A DNA stretch of 64,000 nt from the human T2T-CHM13v2.0 reference genome, Homo sapiens: assembly GCF_009914755.1 (NCBI RefSeq), contig NC_060935.1. One strand, written 5' to 3'. Of the stretch, positions 12,881 to 27,356 are shown piece by piece. How positions within the stretch are numbered: the first letter of the stretch is position 1; each line of letters opens with the position of its first letter. The notes beneath the pieces are model-generated. The model had not been told where the DNA came from, ran no database searches, and was given only the letters and a program-made list of their open reading frames with translations. The position numbers and the translations under genes were made by a program.

Positions 12881-13199
12881 ATAATAAAGTTCAATAAGAT
12901 ATAAGTAAGTCCTAAAACATATTGTTCAGGGTGTGTGTCAATGAGTAGTTAGGAAGGGGAGGGCTAATTCTTGGAGTTAGCAGGAAAGATACCAGTCAAG
13001 AGGGGGTGGGTTGAAAGATCAGGACTACAGTGACTATGATGAATGCTGGATGTCTGATGGAGAAGTGTGGGGTGGTATAGGAAATTCACACTGAGACCGT
13101 AGCATGAGATAGAATTAGAAACTAGAGGGAGGCTGAGAAGGGAGGAGGTTGATGTACGAGTTTGGAGCAGTGTGACTGAAAACCTGGAGTTACCAAAAA

Positions 13200-13560
13200 G
13201 CAAAAGAGCATTTAGTGTGTTTGGAGCTCAGTGTGGGAGATTGAGAGTGTTGAGCGCAGAGAGAAAAAGAATTGGGAGGCATTGTAGGCCTTGTGAAATT
13301 TGGATTCAGTAGGAAATGAAATGTTGATGAGATTTTAAAAGAGGTGATAAGATCCAGTTTGTATTTCTGAAAAATCTTTCTGGTTTCAGTGGGGGACAGA
13401 AGGTAGCAGCAAATCAGGGACATCAGTTGTTAGTCTGCTGCTGCAGTCCAGACAAGATGCAATGGTGGACATGGAAAATGTGGGCAGGAGGTGAAACCCA
13501 TAGGATCCATTGATTGGGTGTGAGGAGTAGATTGGATATTGTATGAAAAATGAATTTAGA
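13200..13560 (-). mobile_element. L2 fragment
   Basis: 'ataagatccagtttgtatttctgaaaaatctttctgg', 'ctgcagtccagacaagatg'. Confidence 0.5.
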
Positions 13561-13690
13561 ATCACTGGCTATTTCATCTTTATCAAATCAAACTCTAATG
13601 GCTGACTTTGAGGCTTCCTCCTCTGGGTTCTAGTAGCACTTTGTCAAACCTTATTAGAGTGCCTATCAAACAGGATCTTCATTACTTTTT

Positions 13691-14025
<335 letters not shown>

Positions 14026-15584
14026 TAAGAGCTATTCAAAGGCCAGAGCTGTTTCTGATTCATCTTTATATCCGCAGCCTAGCACCTGTAATATACTAGT
14101 TACTTTCTGAATGAACTGATGAATAAATGAAGGTAGAAGAATGTGATTCCATGGATAAACTTTAGTGCTCTATGGATTCTTCCCACTGACATTTGGCATC
14201 TCATAGATATATCTTGTTAATTTCTTTCCAATTTTAAGTTGGAAAAAGCCACCTTGAAATGTGTTCCAGTTACAGCTTGCACATCTTTATAAGAAACCTC
14301 GTGTCCTCCTTTTAGGATTGAAAGGATTTACAGAAAGCCCAGTGCTAGCTAACAGTTTCTAAGGAGCTGCTATAGAGATTCAGGGACTTTTCCCATTCAT
14401 TTCTGGATCTTTATCACTTTTCCTGCTACTGCCGAATGCTGAATTTTGTCTTTTGATGCTGACACCTGGCTCCTCAAAACTCTAATGGGAACTTTCTGAG
14501 CCCAGCTAAAGAAACTTGGTTTGTCAGATAGATTATAGTTCACGTGTTGATGCTTCCAGCATTGTGTGAAGTCATGTGTTGCATTTGACTGAAAAAGGAA
14601 TAAGTTTACTTGTTTAGGCTCGGGAGGAAGGAATGGAAATGAGCATTCTCTTTACAAGTGCCAGAATGTAAGCCTTATGAAGACTGGGATTGTTGCCTGT
14701 TTTGCAGATTGTTTTTTCCCTAGCACCTCGGACAGTTCCTGGAACAGAGTGGGTGCTCAGTAAGTATTCGTTGAATAAATGAACAGCTGGTGGTATGAGG
14801 TGGGACACTCCGAGGTGTTTGATAAGTTTTTCTTGCTAAAAAAGGAAAACTAACATTTGTGTCAGGCATTGTGCTAATCAGGTCTTAATACCTGTCATCT
14901 TGCTCAGTCCTGTCTGTAATTGGTCAATAAATAAACCAAGGCTTGTCACACACTATATGACAGAGTCAGGATTTAATCTCAGGCCCGTCTGACATCAGAA
15001 ATAATTCATGGCCCTATAAGACGATCCAGAGGAAAAATAACTCCAATTGATTCCTGTTATCTTTTTTTTTTTCCCCAGGATACATTTGGTTAGTTGTCCA
15101 TTTTCTCCAGTTCTAGACTTTTGCAGATTTCTTTCACAGAAATAATATTTTCTCTGAATTTGTTTTTCTGATACACCAACTCAGCATTTTTTGGTGCGGA
15201 GGGTAAACAGAGCATCCTTTCACAACTTCTCATAAGCTATGATGAATAGCATTTCTCAGGATTGTCAAAAATCTTTAGTTAGCTCTCCCTTCTGGGCTGC
15301 TCTTCTGGGAATCTATAGCAGACTGGGTGATTTCTCTTACACTGAAGGCTTCAGTATCTCTATTGGTCTGGGGTATAGACAGTCAAAGGGAATCTGCTTA
15401 ATGTAAACTTAGAAATGCTTAAATTTAAAAAAGATAAATGGTTTTAATACTTTCTACAACCTGATGCCTCAATCTACTTCCAGGAAGTGGATTTTTTTCC
15501 TAAATCAACTTCGACAAATTGCAACTCATTTTTAGTGAAAGGTTATTCACTGTTATTCATTAACATTATTTCCATAGGTGATAA

Positions 15585-15900
<316 letters not shown>

Positions 15901-16074
15901 GGGGCTTCCTTTTTGTGTTCTTTAACACATCTAAATGTATATCATCCATTCTTCTCCAGTCCAGTGGTAACAGCTTGCCCCTCACTGAGAAGGCCATTGA
16001 AATCCACTGTTTATTGTATGATTAGTTCTGGTATAGCTTCAAAATAGATATTTCTTATTCTTCATGGATATAGC

Positions 16075-16895
16075 TACATATTCAATATATTATATATTAT
16101 TTAATATATATTCAATATATTATGTATTATATATACATATATGTACAGATATAATGTATTATATACACATATGTAGATATAATGTATTATATATACATAT
16201 GTAGATATAATGTATTATATATACACATATGTAGATATAATACATATATGTATTATATAATGTATGTATTATATAATATACATATTATATATGTATTATA
16301 TAATGTATGTATTATATAATATACATATTATGTATGTATTATATAATGTATGTATTATATAATATACATATTATATATGTATTATATAATGTATGTATTA
16401 TATAATATACATATTATATATGTATTATATGATATACATATTATATATGTATTATATGATATACATATTATATATGTATTATATATGTACATATGTGTAT
16501 TATATATACATATATGTGTATTATATATACACATACATGTGTATTATATATACATATATGTGTATTATATAAACACACATATATGTACATATATGTGTAC
16601 ATATATGTACATTATATATACATTATATATATTATATCTGTACATATATGTGTATTATATATACATTATATCTGTACATATATGTATTATATACATTACA
16701 TTTATATATACATATATCTGTACATATATGTATTATATACATTACATTTATATATACACGTATCTGTACATATATGTATTATGTATACACATGTACACAC
16801 ATGTATATATATACACACATTATATCTGTACATATATATGTTTATATCTGTACATATATATGTACAGATATGTGTGTGTATATATATACATGTAA
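16075..16895. repeat. ~820-bp TA-rich compound minisatellite / low-complexity array
   Basis: Successive units of ~28-30 bp, 43 bp (x4 at ~16249-16420), 27 bp, and TATACA/TGTACA-rich units. Confidence 0.95.
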
Positions 16896-17891
16896 TGTTC
16901 AGGTTGATTTTTTACTTTGACTTTTGAACATAATTTGTAATAAATTTCAGTATAGACAATGAATGCCCATGACGTGTAGTAATTGGCCAAAACACAATCA
17001 GAATGTAACTGGCTACTGAGTGACAAGCAGACCATTTGATATCTAGATCCCAACCCAACTTTGGGCTTTGTGATTCTCCACTGTCACTGAGTATTGAATG
17101 CCTCTTGTTGAAAATTCAAAGGGGTAACTTAAATGTTTCAGCTGTGTTTACTTACATTTCTTAAAGTTTATTCCATTTTTCCTAAGAAGAGAGGGAAAAT
17201 GTTTCCTTGTTCAAATATGTTTAGAACATTTTACATACCAGATATCAAATTTGCATATAATGGCTTTGAAAAGCTCACTGCAAACTGTGTTTAACATAGC
17301 ATCTGTTTAACTTACTTGTACATGGAATTATTGTAATTCACACATGAAACTTAATATCATTCCATAAAACCAGAATTCTGTGGATCATATTTTCAAAAAT
17401 GCTCCTTAATGGCTTTTACTACATAATTATAAGCTTTAGTAATATTTACAAATCTGGGAATTCCTAAAAATCTCTGTATATTTATATTATAAGTGGCAGG
17501 ATTTTTTTTATGGTAACTGTAGTGAGTTATGAAAGTTTGTTTTCTTTAACGCAAACTCCTACAAAACCTGTTGTTTCTCTTCCATAATTTACTGAACCTG
17601 TGTGCAAATTTTTTTTTTTTTGAATCATAATTAAGAAGAGAATGGTTCGTCATTTTGCTTTCCTCTTTGGGTAAAGTTTGGGTATGATGTTTCTGAATAT
17701 GTGGCCATTAAGCCCGTGTATAGCTAGAATAAATATGACAATAACAAATATTTGTATAAGGCATTTTAATTTATGAAGTGCTTTAATATATATTGTTTCC
17801 TTAGTATCCTATAAACTCTCATAATTTAGGGATTTTTTTTCCTTAGGGTATTTTATAGTTGAGGAAACTAGGGCCCAGAGAGGTAAAGTGA

Positions 17892-18220
<329 letters not shown>

Positions 18221-18479
18221 GGCAAATTAAATCTTAGTCCAGATTAGGACTTTTTTCATGCTGTCCTCTCTTAAAACATACTCAAATTATTAAATAAATA
18301 CTTAAGTGCATAAGACACTCTTATTAGCATGGAGAGCAGGCTCCAAGATGTCAGAGATTTTTGTCTGCTTCATTCACTGTTGACTCTCTAATAACCAGCC
18401 TTGCCTGGCACATAGCAGCTACTTGGTAAATAATTGTTGAGTGCATAAGTGAATAAATAAATCCTAGTTGTTGTTGCTG

Positions 18480-18680
18480 CTAATATTTATCAGTACAACT
18501 TCTATGTTTATATTCTAAGTACCTTACATGGTTTTTGCTATTATACTCCAGTAAAATATTGTTATTCTCATTCTACATGTGAGGAAACTGAGACTAAGGA
18601 AAGTTGAGAGACTTGCCTGAGGTCATCTAGCTAGTTAAGTAGTGGAGTTAGAGCTCTGATTCTGCAATGCTATTTCTCAT
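18480..18680 (-). mobile_element. MIR SINE
   Basis: 'attctcattctacatgtgaggaaactgagactaagg...acttgcctgaggtcatctagctagttaagt'. Confidence 0.7.
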
Positions 18681-18797
18681 CTTTGTAAGAGAGAATTGAG
18701 ACTCACCCTAAGCTTACCTAGGAAGTTAAGTAGTAGAGTTAGAGCTTTGATTCTACAATCCTAGTTTTCATCTTTGTAAGAGGGAATTGAGGCTCAC
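18615..18797 (+). repeat. Tandem duplication, ~91-bp period, 2 copies
   Basis: 18633-18706 aligns with 18724-18797 ('agttaagtagt(g/a)gagttagagct...tcatctttgtaagag(a/g)gaattgag(a/g)ctcac'). Confidence 0.9.
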
Positions 18798-21439
18798 ACA
18801 TACTTAAACTTGTATCTTTTTATACTGAATCCAGTTGTTTCTGTAACAAACCATCTCATTTGTCTTGTTCTGATTCAGTCGTGGTTGACAAAAGATGACA
18901 ATGTTGCTGCTGTTGTCGACAGCCAGTATTTCCTCAGCATGTACTCTATGATAGTCACCGCGAAGCTAGGTATTACTATTATTCCCATAAAACCAAAGAT
19001 CCAAGAGAATTAACGATTTACCCAAGTTTATACTGTTAATAAATAAATGACATGCCTTCAATCCTAATCCAATATTATATTTGTCTTCATGAAAAAAAAA
19101 GCACACACACACAACAAAGACCAAATATCAGAGTCTAAATGAGGGATTTTGCCTGTTTATATTTACTCTCTTTATGGGTCCTGAGGGAACATAATTTGTG
19201 TATCTTAGATAGAAGACATTTGGGCAACTCTTATTTTACAATTTTAGGTCAGCATAGATAAGGAATTAGTCTCCCATAGATTCAGGCATGCTTCCACAAT
19301 CCCCTTCCAAATTTCTCCCCTATGGAGAACTTCAGGATAGAATTTAGCAGAATACTTAACCTGGCCCTGTCTGTAATAAACCTGTCCTTAGCAACCTTCG
19401 GATTCTCATCCCCTTCCTTCTCCCTTCAAGATGCAGGAGTCCTCTCCCTCAGCTTCTTTTCTTTCTTTTTAGGTTACCCTGCAAAATCAGATTCTCCCAC
19501 GTTACTGCTCTAGGTCTCCTCTCTTTCTAATCTCCCAATTCCCTCCTTTTCTAATTATTATCAACATTATTGATGCTTACTGCTTAGTGTGATGGGACAT
19601 GCTGTTTGCAGTGGCCACAGGTAGTTACACTTGAAAATGAGTGGATAGGATTTTGCAGGCCCCCCAGCATATTTACTGGAGAAAGACAAAGGGTTTAAAT
19701 TAAAGGATTAATTGGAAAGCTCTTAAGTGCCCTTAGTTTTTGGTCGACTGAACCAAGTTCTTCTCTTGAAAGGTCAATGAGCTTTTCCATAATTTTTAGC
19801 TGCTGTGAGGAAGAAACTGTAAATCTTTCCATTTATTTGCTTTATAAATCTCCCTTCAGCTCATTTAGTAAGGAGCTGAACATAATAAATCTGTGACTTT
19901 TTTTTAGAAATGAAAAAACAAAGCATATTTGGTAACCATGCTATCATAAAAGGAAACCTGAACTGCTAAAACCTTAAAAAACTATAAATTAAACTTTTCT
20001 TGAATGGAAGATATGTCAGTGTGTGTGTGTTTGTGTGTGCACACGTGTGTGTTTTATGTTAGAATAAATCATGCTACTGGGCCTACCCCCATGTTATCTT
20101 CCATGTAAATAGCCTGTTTTATGATGTTCCCAAAACAATGAAATAATCTTTGCTCTGAAATAATACCTGCTTTAAACCAGCACTGTAAAGTTGGAAATAA
20201 TGGAAAACACGTTCAAACTGATTAATGATGTACTCAGAGAATGGCGTATTCTGCCTAATTGGAATTTTTGAGTATCTGAGGAGAAAATCTTGGAACTCTT
20301 AAATTCCCCCTTTGTTGTTGAAATCTTTAAATTCTTGAATCCTCTTTCTGCTCTTAGAGTGATAGGCCGTGTTCATTGTTGAATTTCTTCTTGGTGACTA
20401 GGAATACTCATGGGGCCACCAGGCTAACAGTAGGTATTGCTTCTGAGCCTCTTCATTTACAATGTTAGATTTACATGACCAGGTTGAGGCTTCTTGCCTG
20501 TAGTTGTGTGTGCTCCAGGGCACGGTTTTGGAGGTTATTTCTGTACCCCATTTATCATTTTGGCTTTTTTCCTTGAAGTGACATGCAACAAAGGAAGAAC
20601 AGGACCTTCTTAAGGTCAGGGATGAGATCTTATTCACTGTTGCTAGTAAAATACTAGCACTTAGTATTGTACATGGTACATTGGTCAGGATGCATTTTTC
20701 TAAATACTCAATGACTTAAAGTAGACATATTTGAATCACTAAAGTTTTTTAAAAGTTTGAAAAGTTGACTTTCCTTCCTCTTTTCCTTTTATTGTCTGAA
20801 TTTATCGAGCATCTCTTGTTCTCAGATACTGTGCTAGGTACTAAGACTACAAAGGAGGAAGGAGGTTAACGTTTCCTGAATCCCTCTTACACAGCAGACA
20901 TTGTGTTGGGTGCGTTTACGTATATTATTTTATTTAATGGTCATAGGGGACTATGCAGTAGATTTCACAATCTTCATTTTTAAAGATGAACATATAGATT
21001 CCAGAAGAATTAGGACTAAGATTGGAATTTAGATTGGCCCATTATACCTATTCTTTTGTCCCTGTGGTTCTTGAATGTGGTGAGCTGCAGTTTCCTGATG
21101 AATTCTGCAAAAATTCACTCTTCTCTAAGACCTCTTCTGGACCTAGAGTCAGAGTTGAATCTTTAGAGACCTGAACCACTGAAAGGTTTGTGGTGTATCT
21201 CAAACTTTTGGGAGAGCCCATAAGTAATTCAGTATTTTTGAAAATAAAATGTAGAAATAAGCCTAAATAAGTTCTATACAGTTCTGAATTTTTTAAGATA
21301 GTAACTTGACAATATTGCATATCAATTTATCTCTAAAATTCTGTCTATCTCCTCTCTCTGTCTCTCTTTGCTTTGCTAATGCCCTACCCCATAGTCTGAC
21401 CACTGGGTAACCCAGGGAGTCCAAGGCCCTGGGATTCTG

Positions 21440-21785
21440 ATGTGCAGCTGTTAAGCAGTGCACCAAATATTTTTGATTCTATCCCCTTCTGGGCACTAAT
21501 GTGTTTGCCATGGGACTTGTAGTTCTGGCCAAGGAGTTATGAACAGAAGCAATGTGTGTTGCTTCCAAGCCAGAGCAGTGAGTCAGTGAGCAATACCTCC
21601 AAAATTCCTTCCAGCCAGCAATCTGAGAAAAGGACTGTTTTGTCAGCCTAGGTTCCTGAGGCTTTCAGTAATCTGAGCCCACTTGCTGACATGTAATAGT
21701 CATATAACATGAGTTAAATGGACTTTGTTGTTTTAAACTACTGAAATGTTGGGATTGTTTGTTATCACAGCTAAACTGTGACAGC
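21440..21785 (+). mobile_element. MLT1-family MaLR LTR
   Basis: 'ttctggccaaggagttatgaacagaagcaatgtgtgttgcttcc...ctttgttgttttaaactactgaaatgttgggattgtttgttatcacagc'. Confidence 0.7.
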
Positions 21786-22439
21786 TGTATGTGGAATCCA
21801 CCATGCAAGGCACTTAAAACTGAATTTTAAAGTATTTTGCCAGACAAATAGGGAGAAAAAAGGATGCCAGACAGAAGGAAAGGCATATGTATTTTGACAA
21901 CTTTATTTATCAAATTCTTAATTTTTTTCATTTTAAAAGTGCTTTTAGAAGAGTTTGTAGAAGTTGGCTAAATAATTTTAGTAGGAATCATAAGTCTGTT
22001 GGTATCTCAGGCCCCATCAAAGGTATGTGGGTATGACAGAAAAGAGTTTCTAGACTGAGCAGGAGATGATATGATGGCAAAATACATTTGAAAAGTTGAC
22101 TATATCTAGAACATAAATTACATATAGGACAGTGGTAGGATATGAAGTGATGTAAAGTTCCTACTTTAACTATGATTATTAACAGTGCCCACTATGCACT
22201 CCTAATCTTCTGAGCAGAGCAGAGCCATACTGGGGGCTGTTTCTCAATTTTGTGAATAGTTTGCAAAAATCATTAGATCTTTGACAAGTGCAGTTAAGCC
22301 TAAAACATTTGCCTTGGCCCTATTTCTATTTGTCACCTTCTGATTTCTCTTATATCAATAAGCTAAGAAAGTGTAGATGTGTGGTAGATTCATTAAAATA
22401 AGGAACTCGTGTTGGTATATAAAAGGGCCAATTGTGCTG

Positions 22440-22602
22440 ATCAGGATTCTTTGATATGCAAATGGTAGAAAATCAAATTCAACATGGCTTAAGCAGAGAA
22501 AATATATGGCTTCAAGTAACTGAAATTTCAGGAGTAGCCTTCAGGCAAAGCTGGATTCAGGGCTCAAACAATGTCACCAAGGCTCAAACAATGTCACCAG
22601 GG

Positions 22603-22648
<46 letters not shown>

Positions 22649-23000
22649 TTCTCCTTCTGACTTTTGTTGATTTTATTCACAGGCAGATTGGTTCAACTGC
22701 TACCATCATCTTGAAGCTTGTCTTCTTAACTAAGTAATCCCAGTGGATCTAGCAAGTGTCAGAGAATTGATGAGTCTGTGGGGGTCCAAGTCTTGGCCCC
22801 AAACAACTCAGGTATCCAAGAATCTGTAACATAGTGAGTAGCCAGTCCTGAAACACAGTCCCATGCCTGGAAAGTGAGGATGAGAATTCACGTTCACTCA
22901 AACCATGTGACTGAGAGTAGGGTAGAGATGCCTGCTCAAATGAAACTGAGGGTGTTGTATTAGAAGTGAGGGGATAGTTTATGGGTAGGAAAAACCAATA
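22440..23000 (-). mobile_element. MLT1K-like MaLR LTR containing a 20-bp tandem duplication and a (CT)n tract
   Basis: 'caacatggcttaagc...gcttcaagtaactgaaatttcaggagtagccttcaggcaaagctggattcagggctcaaacaatgtcacca'. (CT)n at 22603-22652. Confidence 0.65.
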
Positions 23001-23939
23001 GCTATCTTTTACTCTGACGTCTTTCAGTTTTGCAGATGAGGGACCTGTAAAATGATGATATGATTGAGAATGATTATGTGGAGCAAACACTGAACTGAGA
23101 TTTAGGAGACCCAATTTAGGTCCCTATTTGCTGCTATCTGGCTATGTGATCAAAACCCCAGGTTCCTTAGTTGCCTCACCTGTTCAATGGTAGTAATGAT
23201 GTTCATCCGCTATGAGATGCCACAGTGCTTGTAGTGAGATATAGGATGTTATTCATATGATGTCTTCAGTATTATTTAGCCCCTTCATTTTGTAGAAGAG
23301 GAGGATCAAGTGACTTGGCCAAGGCCATATTGTCAGTAAATGTAGAACCGTAAGCAAAGTCTCTCTCTCCTCATATTAAAGACAGAATTTTAATAGCAGT
23401 TGTAAAAGTGCCCTGGGAGAGTTTAAGAATTATGCCAATGTGATTTACAGTTTCTAAAAAGTTGTTTGTATAGGGAATTTTTGTTAAAGAATCTTAAAAG
23501 CGTAGAGCTTACTACTTGAATGATTTCTATGGTTAATGATTTGGGATCTTTGTGGAAAACCTCCAACAAATTTACCTTTGTTTTGGTAAATATTTTTCAG
23601 ATATCTCTTTTATTAGAGTGTGGTCAGATCTATTTATTACGTTATTTTAAGATCTGATTTTCATTGTTTTCAGCATAATACAGTGGAAAGAGACCTTCAG
23701 ATCAGTAAGACTTGGGTTCCAATCTTGGTTTGGCTCCTGTTAAGTTTTGTGACTGTGGCAAGTTATTGAGCCTCTGGGGACCTGCAAGTATTCGCTGTTT
23801 ATAGTTCTGTATCAGTATCCTCAATAGCATTCTAAACTTAATTCACACTCCATTTGCACCTTCTTAAAACACACTTTATTGTGATATGTCACTCTGGAAT
23901 TTGTGCCACCTCTTGGCTCGCTTTCCTTTCCTCAGACAA

Positions 23940-24945
23940 CAGATGATGGAGTGCCTTAAGGCTTGATCCCAGACATTGGCCTCTGCTAACTCCCCATCCC
24001 CCATCCCCAACCCATCTATACCAGTGCCATAACTCTGATAAGTGGTTTACTAACACAGTTATATACTACACCCCCCAGCTCAGACCACTTGTCTAAACTT
24101 CATGTTTTAAAGATGTATGATCTCTGCCCTGAACACCTGCTCTTCTTTCAGTGTTTCCTCTATCTGTGAGTGATAGCACCAACCCTCCCATTACATAGTC
24201 ACATATTTAGGAGACATTCTTAATGCTTTCCTCTTTTTCACCCTAAAGTCCAGTCGATTACCAGACTCACTTGTTTTTATCTACTGAGTATCTTTTCAAA
24301 TCATCAACTCCCCTCCACATGTTTTGACATCCTTTAGACCCAGCGTTTCATGTTTCTCATCTCAACGTTGGTGGTGGCCTCTTCACTTCCTTCATTCTAG
24401 CTCTCTTTAATTGGTTTTGGATGTTGTACACAGAGTAATCTTTCACAATGCAAAACTGAACATTTTGCCCTCGTGGCCTTGGTGCACAGTTTCTCATTGC
24501 TGTAAGGAACAAGATGGATCCTTATCACAGACCACAGGAACCTTCAGGATCTCTCTGCCTTCTGATCTCATTTTGCACCATGCTGCCTCTTTGTCTCCAT
24601 TCACATTAGCCATCCCTCAGTAACATATCTTCTAGTCCCTCTTCCTGCAGCATTCTTCCCCTACTCCTTACTAGCTTCACTTAGTTATCGTCTATCTTTT
24701 TTTTCAGATCTCAGGTTAGTTACCACCTTCTCAGTTAACTTCCCTGCCCAGTTCCAGTGTAATTTCCAATATGCATTCTCCTAGGATCATGTATCTCTCC
24801 TTTTTTGTACCCTCACAATGCTAATTTTATATTTGTTTGTAGGATTTCTCAATGATTCTGGACATTTTCCCCATGAACATTGTATCTCTAGCACCTAATA
24901 AACTGTTTGATACATATATTATGTAAGTAATAAATATTTGAATCT
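23940..24945 (+). mobile_element. L2 LINE 3' region
   Basis: 'acctgctcttctttcagtgtttcctctatctgtgagtgatagcacc', ending 'tgtatctctagcacctaa...aataaatatttgaat'. Confidence 0.7.
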
Positions 24946-24979
24946 CAGCTGTTATTTTACTGAAAATGGAAGATCTCTG

Positions 24980-25170
24980 AAGCCAAACAGATCTGAGTCC
25001 GTATCTTGGCTTTACTTCTTAATTGCTACCTGACTTTGAGTCAGTTACTTGAATTGTCTGGATTCTCAGTTCTCTGATCTGCAAAAAGGGTTAGTAATTC
25101 TACTGCATAGGTTGGAATCAAATGAGATAATGTAGTTCACTACCTAGTATGGGCTTGTCTGATGTAATTC
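24980..25170 (+). mobile_element. MIR SINE
   Basis: 'tgactttgagtcagttacttgaattgtctggattctcagttctctgatctgcaaaa...aatgagataatgta'. Confidence 0.7.
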
Positions 25171-27169
25171 ATTCCCTTTCTTCTTTCCTCCCATCCTTCC
25201 AATCCCCACTTAGAATAGAATAGGTTATGTTTCACAAATGTTGGGAAGCTCTTTCTTTACATTTTTCCTAGCCTTTACGGCCATCTCCTCCTTTAACCTG
25301 GCCGGGCATCTGCATGACTCCTACTGGATGCTGTTCAGTTCATTAGTGATGAGTCATCACCATCCTGTGTCCTCTTGGTGGTCTCTGCAGAATCATATGG
25401 CACCTTAATGACCAACATTTATGATGATGGGTCATTTGCAGAGAGAAGGGAGTAATTGGCTTATTTTGAAGGTACATTAACTCGCTTTGGTCGCTAAGAC
25501 TAGATGATTAAATTTCTTCTTAGAGTCCCCAAATAGCATTTCTACTTGGACCCTCTTTGATTTAAACCAAGTTTCAATGAATTTTAAAAATCCACATTGG
25601 TCTGACCAAGTTAGTGGTTTCCTCTCAGTTACATTGATTCCCAAAATGTTTCAGGTTGATTGGGTCAACTTTGTTTGCTGAAAAATATGTAAAATAATTT
25701 TTTTGGATGTGATTCACCTGGTCAACTTACAGAATGATTAAACTGGGTCAAGTTAATTTACCTGTTGTTAGATATATCTCGCCTCATTTCCTAGAATTTG
25801 AAGTGGTTACTATTCTTTGAATAGTAGAAAATTCATTTCTACTATTTTACTCTATTTACAAGAATATGCAAGTACAGTAAAGCAGTAGAAATGAATTTTA
25901 AGGTAAAATTCCAGTAGTCAGTGAAATCATGGCTAGCTAGAAAGATAAAACTTTATATATGTTTTCTTAGTTTATCTGCACAAACCCTAACCCACAGTTA
26001 GTACTCAATAAAATATAGCTATCATTTTTATTTTTGAATATCTGTCTATATTCAACTTTGCTGAGTGGTAAGTAGAACTAGGGAGATTTTAGAAATTATA
26101 TACAGTTATGGAAAATCTATGACTGCTGCTCTCAGCTTGGGCGTATGGACAGCTAATTAAATAAATCATAAAGCTGTGTGATGAGGGCAATGTGCAGAGT
26201 TGGGTATGGTGCCATAAGAACCCACAGATGAGGGACTGAGGGCATCTCTCAGAGAATGTTGGGCCCTTTTGAATCTCTAATTTTTCAGTTTCCTGTATTT
26301 TGGGAAGTGGGGGGAAGAAGATTAGAAGAAGATTAGAGTCTTTTCCTTTATCTGAAGAATAAACCCATGCTAGTTTAGATAAACTGGCCAAAAGTCAAAG
26401 CAGGGGAGAATTTTTATCTGAATTTCTTGGCCACAAGTCTTATATAATTAGTGAAATTGTGCTGTACTTTTTTTATGGAGCAGAAGAAGAACCTTGGTTA
26501 GTTGCAAGATTCACATTATCCATGCACAAAAATTATGACATTTCCTGGGAAGAAGGAGTCTTTTGGATTCAGAGCTAGGCTACTGCTGTCACTGTCTTGT
26601 GAGGCTTTACTAATGGACTTCACCTCATTGACCAGTTTCTGTCTTCACAATGAAGAAGTTAGAATTAGAAGCCCAAAGTTGGCATGCTATGAGCTACACT
26701 TGATATGAAGTTTGTTTTTTTTTGGCTCACAGGCACTTTGGAGACTTTAATTTGATGCCTGTTGGCAGAGTCTGCAGCCTCCAGTTTGCCATGCTACCCT
26801 CCGCTCCCTTTTGTGATACACCCAGCCCTCTTTACAAGCCAGGGAGCCTTCAGCAGAGCAGACTAGGCAATACTTCAAGTTAGTCTCAAAAGAGAATATG
26901 TTAGATCAGGACTTTTCAGAGCCTCAGGACCCTCCTTTCACATTTGCAGTTGTATTCCAGGTCCCGTTCTCTCCCATGACAGATCTGCCCATGTTCCAGA
27001 TGTGGAGTGAAAGGCGTTGTTAAGAAAGATTGCATTTTTCAGCTGGCCATTGTCACCTTCACCTCCAATTTGGAGATGCTTGTCTTATTGACCTTTTCCT
27101 TGTGCACCCTTGGCAACTGAAATCTTTAGCACCTGCACAAGGCCCCAGAGGATCAGTTTTACCAGATGC

Positions 27170-27356
27170 TGGTGGTTCATAAATTTCCATGTGCATCAAA
27201 ATCACTTGGACCCAGGTGCCTGGGCCCCACACTTAGAGTTTCTGATTCATTAGGTCTCAGGTAGGGCTTGATAATTTGGCATTTCTAACAAGTTCCCAGA
27301 AGACACAGCATCCTTCCTGTATTTCTGAGGTCAGGAACATGCTTTTAGAATCACTG
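27170..27356. mobile_element. MER5A (hAT-Charlie MITE)
   Basis: 'gtggttcataaa...gcatcaaaatcac...cctgggccccacacttagagtttctgattcattaggtct...gcatttctaacaagttccc...ttagaatcactg'. Confidence 0.8.

Noticed and set aside
16249-16480. CRISPR-like regular repeats
   Set aside because: Eukaryotic context; tandem units with no unique spacers.
16350-16927. Long Y/I/C-rich ORFs (181, 144, 90 aa)
   Set aside because: They are translations of the TA-rich repeat, which lacks stop codons in some frames by composition.
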